DNA of 64,000 nucleotides. Origin: Octopus bimaculoides. Its lineage: Eukaryota. Position 1 is the first letter of the stretch, and every line of letters begins with the position of its first letter. The notes beneath the pieces were generated by a model, which was not told the DNA's origin, searched no databases, and saw only the letters and a program-made list of their open reading frames with translations. Below, in pieces: positions 52,351 to 64,000 of this stretch. The translations under genes and the position numbers were made by a program. The DNA is taken from the NCBI RefSeq assembly GCF_001194135.2, contig NC_068982.1, forward strand, positions 102,177,029-102,241,028. Reading direction: 5' to 3'.

Positions 52351-52714
52351 TGGGATGATATATCTTTGTGGGTATTCATTTGTAAAATGCAAATTCTGGT
52401 TATTTTTGCTTTTACAATACATAATCTTAGGCAATATTCCTTCGTGGATATAGTTATAATAATTGTAAAACAGCTAATTAACAATAAAACAAAATATAAA
52501 TGACGAATCTAAAATATTACTCGGACATACGTACGTATGTATACCCTCACAATTTTGTTTGTTAATGTGATGTTTTCTATAGTCTATAAATGAGGGAACA
52601 TTTCCTTTTTCAAATGATGAGAAATGAAAATATAAAAAAGGGTTTCAAAAAGAATGTATGAGGGTTTGAATATGAAACTTCATCCATTTGAAAGAGAAAC
52701 AAACAAAGAAATAA

Positions 52715-52908
52715 TCCTTTCTAATATAGGCACAAGGCCTGAAATTTGGGGGAGGGGATAGTCGACCCTAATGTTTCACTGGTACTTAATTTATCGACTC
52801 TGAAAGGATGAAAGGCAAAGTCGAACTCAGAACGTAAAGACGGACGAAATACCGCTAAGCATTTCGCCCGGTTGAGTTAATGATTCTGCCAGCTAGCTCA
52901 CCGCCTTA
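52715..52908 (-). mobile_element. SINE family B2
   Basis: Tail, core and head as at 18995. Confidence 0.88.
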
Positions 52909-53973
52909 CAAACAAAGAAATGGTGATCAATCCAATCAAAACTTAACTGAATGTGGAAGGAAGGTGAACAAACACATATAAATTTGTGTTTATGTGTATT
53001 TTGGTTGGAGATTATTGTACGTTTACGCAAATATGTATGAATATGTTTGTATTTCTCTGTTTAGTTGAATATTGTTGAATATTGCATTGCATGTTGGCAG
53101 TGATTATTGAACGGTAAAAATCTCTTAATAATGAAGTATTCAGCAGAAATTTCTGTGGAGTGCGGGGATATCTATAGCTAATGAATGAGCAAGGATATAA
53201 ATTATTTTTAAAAAATGCAAGAATGAATGTGAATAACAATTTCTCCACCACTCGAAAACAATCAGTGGTTTTAAAATAAAATGTTGATCAGCTTCCGCGA
53301 AATGATTGATTTTAAACAAATGCATTTTCAATAGTTTCGAGAACATTCAACGTTGTTATGCAAGAACGAAATTCATGCAGTTTCATTCAGGCACTTTAAA
53401 TTAACACGTGATTAAGATAATCAAATAGAAACTGAACCACTATTGAAAAATTGATAGTGACTCCAGTTTGCAGTTTTAATACAGCTGACTAAACACACTA
53501 CAAGCAGTGGCTGGCGCCATTTTCTCAGTTTACACAAAANNNNNNNNNNNNNNNNNNNNNNNNNNNNNNNNNNNNNNNNNNNNNNNNNNNNNNNNNNNNN
53601 NNNNNNNNNNNNNNNNNNNNNNNNNNNNNNNNNNNNNNNNNNNNNNNNNNNNNNNNNNNNNNNNNNNNNNNNNNNNNNNNNNNNNNNNNNNNNNNNNNNN
53701 NNNNNNNNNNNNNNNNNNNNNNNNNNNNNNNNNNNNNNNNNNNNNNNNNNNNNNNNNNNNNNNNNNNNNNNNNNNNNNNNNNNNNNNNNNNNNNNNNNNN
53801 NNNNNNNNNNNNNNNNNNNNNNNNNNNNNNNNNNNNNNNNNNNNNNNNNNNNNNNNNNNNNNNNNNNNNNNNNNNNNNNNNNNNNNNNNNNNNNNNNNNN
53901 NNNNNNNNNNNNNNNNNNNNNNNNNNNNNNNNNNNNNNNNNNNNNNNNNNNNNNNNNNNNNNNNNNNNNNNNN

Positions 53974-54010
<37 letters not shown>

Positions 54011-54568
54011 TGGGACAAACTTATTTTAATTCTTTAAATTACTATTTTGATGTTCCTAGTTCTCACAATTGGAATATTCTGGAAATTCAACACAATTAGG
54101 ATTTTTTTAAATGACTAACCAAGGAAATTGAAAAAGAAATGATAGTTGAATAGTTGAATGAAAAATGAACATAGAGGGACAGCAAAGAGAAACTGAGAAC
54201 GAGAAGAGAGAGATGATTTATAACTAGTCGAATGCACTATAAAACTGGAGAATTTAAGAAATTCAAGACTAACTGCTATTAGTAAAAGCGAGAATATCTC
54301 TTTTCATTAGAGAATATGTCAGCCGCTAGTCTGGAGTTAATTTTGACAGATTAAGTAATAAACTGCACGCTGAAGATTCACGGTCTAACGAATACTTTCC
54401 TTTTGCCAATGTTATTATTGTCATTTATTTTATTGGACTGGGAGAGTTGAGAAAGTCGACGTCGATAGAATTTAGATTTAGAAATATGAACACAATTACA
54501 TATAAAATAGCTAGATAGATCGGCTTTCCAATGCATGTGCTAAATAATTTACTCTTAGAATAAATATT

Positions 54569-54712
54569 CTTTTCTACTCTAGGCACAAGGCCCGAAATTT
54601 TGGGGGAAGGGACTAACTAGTCGATTAGATCAATCCCAGTAGGCAACTGGTACTTAATTTATCGACCCTGAAAGGATGAAAGGCAAAGTCGACTTCGGCA
54701 GAATTTGAACTC
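54569..54712 (-). mobile_element. SINE B2, 5'-truncated at the B box
   Basis: Flanked by target repeats 54551-54568 and 54709-54726. Confidence 0.88.
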
Positions 54713-54726
54713 TTGGAGTAAATATT

Positions 54727-54874
54727 TTTTTCTTTATTGCCCACAGGGGGCTAAATATGGAGGGGACAAACAAGGGATTAAGTCGATTACATCGACGCCA
54801 GTACGCAACTGGGACTTAATTTATCAACCCCGAAAGGAGGAAAGGCAAAGTCGACCGCGGCGGAATTTGAACTC
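54727..54874 (-). mobile_element. SINE B1, 5'-truncated at the same B-box position
   Basis: Flanked by target repeats 54709-54726 and 54871-54888. Confidence 0.88.
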
Positions 54875-55749
54875 TAGGAGTAAATATTGTACGCCTAATG
54901 TATACACAGTGTAACATGATCTGACTGTTGCCATTTAAACCACATCAGTTCTGATCGAAGAGTCGTTCCAGCCATGACCTTTCCAGCTTTCTCTTCAAAC
55001 ACAGCTTAACTCAGACGAATATTATGAAACGCGTCTCGCTTTTCTTTTCTTTCTTTTTTTTGGGGGGGGGGGCTTTTTTAAGAAAGTCAAAAATGTTTTA
55101 AAAGATATTTAGCTGCTATTTCTAGCAAGATGAGTGACCACGGAGGCTTTATATTAAGTTTGTTCTGGGATACATTTTTATGGTGTGGGTAATTTCTTAG
55201 AATTGCATTTGGTTGTGTATGTTTCTTATTTCTTCTAAAGTTCCTGTATAATTTAGTTACATTTTGGATAGCATAGATACTTGTTTTAAAGGTGTCCGAT
55301 TCAACGAAAGCCTAAGGCGAAACGATAAATCATATAGAAAGTCAATTATGAAGAGACTATTGTGACTTATAAAATAATCTTCCAATGTTGCATAACTTGC
55401 AAAGCTGTTAACTGTTTTGAAGGAACACAGTTATATGCAAATAAATCTATTTTTGAGATGCTACAGAACTCGAAACTATTCCGTGTGACAAATATATTGC
55501 AAAAATATCAGATCGAAGAGGGTTATATAGCACGCAAAGTGTTTTTGTTTGCCTCGGTTGAGTGACAAATATAGTACATGCAGTCTGGTTTTGCAGTACG
55601 GATATTTGTTATATTTCTGATTTTTCATATAATTCCATGGGCTGAAAATGTTGGTTCGCTGCCGAAACAAATTCTACATATCGTGCCTTTTATATTTGAT
55701 TTTTGCGTAAGCACTATATGGATGGTTTCATGTACACTATGATAATTAT

Positions 55750-55945
55750 TTCAAATTTTTGCCACAAGGGCAGCTTGATGGCGGTGGAAATGAGTCAATT
55801 ACATCAACTCCAGTGTTTCAATGGTACTTATTTCATCGATACCGATAGGATGAAAGGCAAAGTCGACCTTGCCGGAATTTGAATGGGCGAAATACCGCTA
55901 AGCATTTTGTCCAGCGCCCTAACGACTCTGTCAGCTCGTCGCCTT
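55750..55945 (-). mobile_element. SINE family B2, with internal deletion
   Basis: B core and head. Confidence 0.8.
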
Positions 55946-56149
55946 CATGTACACTATAATAATGTGAAGGGACTTGTTTTGTATTCTTTGCATATTAGAG
56001 GTCTAGCTTGAATAGCCCATGACAGATATGATGCATTAGACTTATATTACTACTTTTGATTCATTACATCGATTAAATGTATGATGTGTGCCGGTTTGAT
56101 TTCTTTACTATATCTTCTATGTACTGTGAATTTTGTGAATGTTTTACTT

Positions 56150-57126
56150 GTAATATATTTTTTTCTTCTCTCAGTCTGCATTTAAATCGCTGGGTATGAT
56201 TGTTTCTTGCATTCGATGAAATCTTTTGTCACTGATAATAAAAAAATAGGGGTATGGTTGACCAAATTTGAAGTGAGGTTTCTATGACATTTACGTAGTA
56301 ACTGGAGTAGCTGTGCAGCTGCATCTGAAAAAAGGTGAGAAGATGTGACTGATATGATCAGCGTTTAAGACGTTGAGTATATTTTTGAGGAGGTGCGAAA
56401 AAGTGGTGTTGATAAGGTTAAACAAATGGGTTTGACGGTAGAGCCTCACTTGTTTGGAACGTTTGAACGTACTGCATTTATTTTAAAGTACATAAGCTTT
56501 GGATCATAACAGGTAGTTCGTTAACCAGCGTCTTGTGTTGTTTGTTTTATAAAATAGTTTTGACCATTTTGTGTCTAGATAGATTAAGGAGAAATTGAAG
56601 CTTTGATGGTTGTTGGAATGAGGACAGTAGAGTATTTCGATGATGTTAGAGATGTCATGTACTCATTGGTGTTTGTTTCCTTGGTTTCGTGGTTGTTGAG
56701 TCTGGTTGTGTGAATAAATGGTCTCTTTTGAACAATGGGTCAGTGCGATGTGACTTCGTTTTATTGGGCTCAGAGTAGCTGTGATTTAGCCCAATTTCCA
56801 GGTCCTGGAGGTTTACACTACAGTTGATGCCGTAAATCATTACGCTTACACATTTTACCGACTGGAAGGCGATTAGCCTTCGATGCAAATACATGCATTT
56901 TCTATTACTTCAGTTTTTCTTTCTCGCTGTTTCCTTCAGTTGTTTCATGCAGATGTTTACAGTCATACCAAGTTTGGTTTCAGTATGCTATTTCTTCTTT
57001 GCAACTGAGGTAGTAACTTTTTGGCGTGATAGCTTCCCCTTTTTCGATTTTTGTAGGGTGGAGGATCTCTGTACCATTATTATTTCCTGAAAACACACAT
57101 CCATGCAAGAACACATACAAACACAG

Positions 57127-57161
<35 letters not shown>

Positions 57162-57279
57162 NNNNNNNNNNNNNNNNNNNNNNNNNNNNNNNNTATATAT
57201 ACATACATACATACAGACATACATACACACATACATACATACATACATACATACATACATACATACATACATACATACA

Positions 57280-57312
<33 letters not shown>

Positions 57313-58000
57313 GTAACATATGGTATAATTATTAACAGGGCAAATTTTAGCCATTTCTCCGCAGACTGAAAAAATGACGAACAACCTTAATCGATTTTCG
57401 AATCTTATTGAGTTCTCATCAGAGGCGTCCACATCATTATTTATATATATACATGTAGTGTCTGTCTATGTTGGTGGTCGTTGTGTCGTTGAATTCAGCG
57501 AAACTTGATTCGGTTTTCTGGACCTTTTCAACACTACTCTCGGTTTGTTCATATAAATTTTTATGCATTTTGATGATGATAGACAGGAAGTTAAGAGTTA
57601 TAAGACTGAGTATTCGTTGACGGTGGTGGCTAGACCTGTTCAAAAGAAGGTGACGTCTGATGAGTAGCTATTGTAGTTAGCGGTTATAAATGCAAGTTGA
57701 TGTGGGTTCTTTAAGTGGAAAACAGATTTCAGTTATAATTCAGAATGTTAACACATGCAGCATCTATTGATATATTGCTTTGGGCCCATGATGGTCTGTA
57801 TGAGTTGAAATCTTCTTCAATAATGGTGTTTTGGAGAGTTTTAAAGTGACTAGATGAGGTGTAGTATTTCAGTTATGTACAATGTCACGAGCGTCAGTGA
57901 TATAATTATAGCTGTTGGATAGCGGTTCGTATCCATTCACCTAACAATAATTAGCTGTGGAAACACGAAATAGGTAATGATTGTTTTGTTTATATTGCTG
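56150..58000 (-). mobile_element. I-group LINE relic (EN to RT), interrupted by (CATA)n and a gap
   Basis: EN NTIIEEDFNSYRPSW (cf. GDFNAHHPxW) near 57820; RT RRWLTNYLL*SKAYV..LFNL near 56430-56530. Confidence 0.5.
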
Positions 58001-59444
58001 TGCGAGAATCCTTTCCTGGCTATAAAAACCCCTTTACTAGAACGCGTTTATTATTTTAAAACGGGAATGGAGAAACTTATAGAATCTCTGCAATTATAAC
58101 TTTTTCCTCCACTACACTTTGGTGATAAATTACACAATGACACAATTTCATCATGGAAGTTGTATCACATCAACAATGATATTTTCTTACCGAAGTAGAG
58201 ATTGAGACGAATACGTTTCTAAAATATCTGAGAGCAACACACTATGGTAAATTACTGAACTGAATTGTTTACCTGTGTTGCTGAACTGTCAATAATTTAG
58301 TGTGTCACATTGGGAATAATTCATTGAAATGTCTCACAGGGAATTACACTGCTGAAAGAAACCAATAGATTAATCTAACTTATTTTGATAAATCGCTTCG
58401 TATAAATAGTTTAGTGGTAAATAGTAATGTGAAAGCCATGAAACTTTCGACATTTACTGAAATAGAAAATTCTTTGTGGTTAATTCTCTCGTTAAGTCTG
58501 CGAGTGAACCGAAAAATGAATCAAAATACCATTTTAACAGTTGCTTAGCAACTCTATTATTGATTGATTCTCTTTTTAGTTAAAGTGTAGCGTCTGGATT
58601 TGCCCGATATCCGCATTGATCATTATAATTTTACCCCCAACTACTAAGTTGATTGAAACTTCAAATGTCATATGGACAATAGCTCTGCTAGTATCATTCA
58701 CATTTATTTAGTCGCTTCATTAAGAGAAAAAAAAATACATTAATACATAGTTTATCTAATGGCGGTGAATGGAGAAAATTGGTATAGAGCGTCGAACAAA
58801 ATTCTTTGCTGTATTTAATTGCTTTACTTGATGTTACCCGTTCAAATCTTGCATAGTTCCACTTAGTTTTTTTCATCCTTCTAGAGATTATGAAATAAGT
58901 ACAGGCAGTCTAAATAATCAATTGTTCTCTGCGCCAAGACATAACTTTTATGTTTAAATAATTTTCTGTAGCTGTGGTGGACATGTTCTCAATTCACGAG
59001 GTCTCGTTTCGTAATCTCGAATCTATTTTTAAAACACTCGACTTTCATTAACGGCACTGAGACAAATTTACGTCAATAGCTCATATTCTTCTTTTCTTTT
59101 TTTTTTGTTCTGTTATAACCACTTTTTACTTAGTGAGAATGAAATCTTTCTTATTGGTCGCTTATTCAAAATTACGATTTTTCAGAATATCTTTTTGAAG
59201 ACATGTTGCAATAAGAAATGGATTGAAAACTAATGGCTACTGTCGGATTCGGATTCAGTGACACTACGACAAATACTTTCTACTAGAGCCCCCCAGAGGT
59301 ACCACGTTGGGGAATTTTCGTCGAATGAATCGACGCCAGTACATTTTTTAAAACTTTGTACTTATTCTATTGGTACTTATTCATCGGCTTAAGGCTATAG
59401 TGCCCAAGTTGCCACGTATTTATGTGCGTGTATGTGTGTGTGTG

Positions 59445-59668
59445 TAAATGTCTGTATACGTCTTTGTGTTGTGTCTCCCACCAACATTTGACAATCGGTG
59501 TTGGCTTGTTTATGTCCCCTTCACTTACCAGGTCGTCAATAAAGGGCGACATAATAAGTACCAGGTTTAAAGAATAAGCACTGGGGTCGATTTGATTGAT
59601 TAAACCTTTCAAGGTGGTGCGCGAGGATGGCTGCATTCCAATGACTGAAACAAGTAAAAGATAAAAGA
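59445..59668 (+). mobile_element. SINE family A, 3' half
   Basis: Matches the tail ending GACTGAAACAAGTAAAAGATAAAAGA. Confidence 0.8.
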
Positions 59669-59731
59669 TTGCGCGTGTGTGCGTGTATGTCCTTGTGTCT
59701 GTGTTTGGCCCAGCTTGACAACTGGTGTTAC

Positions 59732-59767
<36 letters not shown>

Positions 59768-61429
59768 TATGTATTATACTTAATGTATACACACTGTCGA
59801 CCGGCCAGTTTCGACGGTATTCGATCTGAGATACCATCTCTCATGAATGTGCTGTGTTTAAAACACAATAAGTATCAGAGGGAGACTGAAACTCGTCCCA
59901 TCAGCAGCCAACGAGAATACTAGATGAATTTCAGCCTTTTGGGGCCTGTTGAATGGCGTGTACTCGCAACCATCGACATCAACTAGCTTGGACGAGAATT
60001 TGTCGTCTCTGATATGAGGAAAACTGAAATAAACAATCTCTGATGTCACGAATGGCAGCCTGGCTGAATAAAATTCCGGTATACGGAATTGTGGCAGTAT
60101 TTTAAAAAAATAGCCATAGGTAAATTACTGCAATATTTTTTCAAAGATATCAATTTTAATGGACGTATTGTGCCAAAAACACAATAAATATCAGAGAGAG
60201 ATGAAGATTCATCCCAGCCAGATGCACTTCGATCCCTGAAGGCGACCGGATGGCGCACGCTCACGTGCCGTTTACAGTAACTGGCATATAGACCGTGTGT
60301 ATATATTACATATGATACATAGATCCAAATTTCTAATTAATACTTCTGATTTGCGAATAACGGATTTTATTCAGCTGAGCAGCTTTCTGCAACATCTGCG
60401 AATGTTTTATTTGCTTTTCCTTATACCAGAGAAGCTGGGTTCTCGTCCGAGCATGTACTGCGATTCTAAGGACCAATTCTTATGAAATAATGACCTAACT
60501 GAAATCAACTACGTCAAACCCACCCACCACATATGTCATTATTTCCCATTCTGATCATTCGTATATACTGGTGATAACCATTGTAATCGGAAAAGGAATC
60601 AGGCCCCATTTAGAATCTGATGTTCTTTCCCAAGATGATTTTAATTACTCTTTTTATTAAAATAATCAAGAAGTTAATCAGAGTAGGTAAAGAAGTCCCA
60701 ACGATATTTGCGGACCTTCAGGATTGCTGAATTTAAATTAGAAACGAACTCTGTACCAACAGAAAAAATATCATACATTATCAACTTCGATACTTTAGTA
60801 AACTGCATATTATAGAGGAATAAAGAAGCGACCTAATAGCTGAATACATGTTCAAGATTTAGATGTACTACAGTAGATCATGCCTCTGTATATTTAAAAT
60901 GGCTATGAATGGCTGTGAAATCGATATACCAAATTGGCTTTCTGCTGCACGGACAGTTCTTGATGCCAAGAATATAAACACCTACTTAGCTTAGTTAAAC
61001 ATTACGTACAAGCACTACGCAAGTTGTTGAAACCAATTCCTGCTAGACCATTACAAATCTAACAAAATAGTAAATAATGAGTATACTGGTCGAAATAAGG
61101 CGTGCGTTGATGTGGCGAACAAATTTTAATTAACTAAATAAAACTTCGTGATTGTATGAGTTAGCGTTTAACTCTGTTCAGCTTTATTGGTTGTTAGAAT
61201 CACTACACTTGGTGAAAATATCTGTTATACCACTTGCTGCAACTGAAAGGTCAATAAGACTTACTCAGCCATTCTTATACCTGTAACTAATCGCACTGTT
61301 TCTCTGTGATTCTGTGCATTTTGCCACTGAATGTCTTTCCATTTCTGTTTCTAAAAATCCAATGATTATATGTTACTGTTTATTATAGTAAGAATCTATT
61401 TATCTATCGAGGTCATCCTTCAGGATGCC

Positions 61430-62172
61430 CCAAGACTGTTTCTACACATTTCCATCTCGATCTTCCATAACAGTCATCAGCTCCTGTACCCCTTCCATAC
61501 CAGTATCCTCCAGCAAGTTGTCGATATAGGTCGTCTTCCTCCTTCCTCTCCTGGTTCTTCCTTTCGTTGGTTGCCAGAGCACTAGCTTGTTAGCAATTTC
61601 ATCGGTATATCTGATGCAGTGTCCAGCTAGCCTCATCATTCTATGCTGTATCTTCAATGTTACATTTAGAGGTCTCTGGTATAAGTCGGGATTTGTTGTA
61701 TGACTCTTCCAGGAGAAATGAGAAATGAGTGCTATTTTAAGCATCCTCGTATAACAACCGTCCAACTGCTTCTTTAATACTTTAGTGAGCGTCCGTGTTA
61801 CAGCCCCGTATAGAAGGACAGACTCCACTGTTGCCAGAAGCAACGTCACTTTCAATTTCCTTGCTAACTTTGAACTCCATACCTTTCTCAATTTATGGCA
61901 TACGCTCCAGGCAAGAGTTTTTCAGTACTTTGTGTCCATGCATCAAGGTATTTGAAATTTTCAACTAACTTGAGCGACTTACCGTCTCTCACATTCTGTG
62001 ACACAGGCATTTCGTGGTTGAATACTTGCAGCTCTGTTCTCTTTGCGTTACAGTACAAACCTACCTTCCCGGATTCCTGCTCTAATCTGCTCAGCACATC
62101 CTGTGCCTGATCTGTACACTCTGTTAGTAATGCCAGGTCATCAGCATAGTCTAGATCAGTTACTGTACATCT
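61430..62172 (-). mobile_element. RTE-X-like LINE, RT C-terminal half to 3' end
   Basis: DLDYADDLALL, FKYL, ATVESVLLYG, LDGCYTRML, RLAGHCIR, LVLWQPTKGRTRRGRRKTTYIDNL. Confidence 0.85.
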
Positions 62173-62174
62173 TC

Positions 62175-62560
62175 TTTTTCTCTATAGAGTTTCCCTTTTT
62201 CCTCTTTCTTCCTTCTTCCAAATTTCATAGCATTTCTCCTGTCACCCATGGTTCCTTTGCTTTTTTCTTTTGTTCTTGCGCTTCCTTGCTCTGCTTCCTT
62301 TAACGTCAATGTTATTTTGTGTAGTGTCATGCAGTCTTATTTTCTCTCCATCATTGAAAGTCTCTTTGACTAGGTAATTAAGTGTCTCCAACTTCCAGTG
62401 AAAGCGTCTCTTTCGTTCCCTGAGTCTTTTCAGTTTAAGTTTCTCTGTCATTGACACTAGGTAAGGGTCTGAGACTGCATCTGCACCAGGGAAGGCATAG
62501 GTATTCTTGACATTGTTATGATGTCGCTGCTTCCCAACGACGTAAGTCCAGAAGTGTCAC
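62175..62560 (-). mobile_element. RTE (BovB-like) endonuclease end and linker
   Basis: NNVKNTYAFPGADAVSDPYLV..KLKLKRL..PWVTGEML (cf. PGADCGSDH). Confidence 0.7.
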
Positions 62561-62589
62561 AGTTACTGGTAAGCCTATACAAAGACTCC

Positions 62590-62925
62590 CGTGAACGGTC
62601 AGAAATCGTCTTGAAAACTATCATAGCCTCCTTCCAGAAAAAGCCAAATGCCAGGAAATGTGAAGATCATCGTATAATCAGACTCATATCCTAAGCATCC
62701 AGGATAGTGTTGAGAGTGATCAACAACAGGCTAAGAAACAAAGCAGAGAGATTCATAAGAAGAGACCAATTTGATTTCAAGGAAAGAATGGGGACGAGAT
62801 ACAATCGCCCCTGTGAGAACTTTAGAAGAGTGAAGCATTGTGTCTGATCAAGAAGGTTTTATCTGCTTTGTCTACTAAGAGAAATATTTCGATCAGGTTG
62901 ATTAGCAAAAAGCCCGATGGGTTTG
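62590..62925 (+). mobile_element. RTE (BovB-like) RT N-terminal fragment
   Basis: KKPNARKCEDHRIIRLIS*ASRIVLRVINNRL..DQFDFK..GTR..CFVY*EKYFDQVD. Confidence 0.75.
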
Positions 62926-62939
62926 AGCAAACATCTATG

Positions 62940-63605
62940 ACCTGACTACATCATTTTGAGCCAGAATCCAAAAGGCAGAGTATGTAGTGTAAACACTCTG
63001 AATCACCAGAGAAAAATATGTCAAAACTCAAACTTACGCAAAACAATTCATGCTAACCGTTTTGGGTGACGCAAAAGGGCCTATACTGGAAAATATTACT
63101 GGAACATTACGTAGAAAAGGAGTCTACAGTCACCAGTGTAGGTTACAGTGAAATGCTAGCCAACAAGATGAAACCAACAATTCACACCAAACACTGAGGT
63201 CTATAGTCAAAGAAAGTTCTATTTTTTCACGAAAATGCACGCCCACACGAAGCCGCCCACACTGTTGAAACCATTGAAAAATTAGGTCTAGAGTTGCTGG
63301 AACTCCTGCATACAGTCCACATATCGTCCCTTCCAGCTATTATCATAGATGGAGCACTCAAAGATTCTTTACGAAGTGGTTGATTTGCTATGGACCAAAG
63401 AGCGCAGGAAGCAGTGTATAATAAACTGCATGAGCATCCGGAAACCTTCTTCACAGATGGAATAGACAACACTGTGGACCGCTGGAAGAAGTTCATCGAA
63501 AAGCAAACAGACTATGTCGTAAAGTGATATAGTTGTTGAATTCAAGTATTTGTTTTACTGAATTACAGAAACGAGAGTGCATATATTTTTTGACTTACCC
63601 TAGTA
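62940..63605 (+). mobile_element. Mariner transposase relic with right TIR
   Basis: LHHFEPESKRQSM, MLTVFG*, HENARPH, PAYSPHIVPSSYYH (cf. YSPDLAPSD), RWKKFIEKQTDYV*; terminal TTTTTGACTTACCCTAGTA. Confidence 0.85.
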
Positions 63606-64000
63606 AATATATTGGAATGTAGTGTACAGAATAGAATATAAGTAATAACAACGAGGTTAGAAGAAATGAAGGAATTGTTCCTTATTTCATATATATATAC
63701 AGATGCAGAAAGTTTTCAGATTTTCCAAGGAAATGAAATTCAACAGAATAAGGTAAGATAAAATAAAATAAAGTAGAATATTCACGTTATTACATTTAAC
63801 ATTTTTTGTCTAGCGCCTGCAAATGCCTGAGTTGAGGCGCAAGCTTTCTCAAACGCCAAACAAATCAAGTCTTAAATCTAATAACGTAAATATTTCGTTT
63901 TTTATTTCCTTTTATTTAATTTCACTCCATCTCATTTCCTTGCAAAATTTGAGTGCTTTCTCTACCTGTATATAAATAAACTGAGGAACATTTCCTTCTG

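Larger units (their letters stand above)
459..57193. other. Nine assembly gaps (the span covers first to last): 459-575, 6042-6556, 14302-14494, 15303-15514, 26590-27248, 34396-34977, 37532-38116, 53540-53973, 57162-57193
   Basis: N runs; each touches a simple repeat or repeat element on at least one side. Confidence 0.98.

Noticed and set aside
51500-58000. One long I-group LINE split by insertions
   Set aside because: Both pieces appear to include the YADD-equivalent region, so they are more likely two copies
60740-60860. CR1/L2-like RSDLI tail motif
   Set aside because: One weak motif only

Overview
AT-rich, microsatellite-dense animal genomic DNA from a gapped assembly (9 N-runs, most abutting simple repeats). 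The SINE families resemble those I recall from octopus genomes, so an octopod origin is likely, but this is an inference. I found no intact host gene, tRNA, rRNA or CRISPR array. The window is a mosaic of tRNA-derived SINEs (labelled A, B1/B2 and C here) and decayed transposon relics: R4/Dong-like, Tx1/L1, RTE, RTE-X, I-group, Penelope-like, mariner, pogo/Tigger, hAT, Merlin and possibly DIRS. Five observations stand out. (1) Several fold-back palindromes each carry a pair of Penelope-type type I hammerhead ribozyme motifs. (2) Two different R4/Dong-like families sit in tandem inside different microsatellites, one in (TAA)n and one in (TACA)n. (3) The SINE B1 subfamily has a 3' tail matching the 3' end of the Tx1-clade LINE in this window. 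(4) Two SINEs were inserted serially into the same 18-bp target. (5) A CpG/YY1-like cluster at about 25.3 kb is a weak candidate promoter or first exon. Translations were done by eye, and relic boundaries are approximate to within tens of bp.
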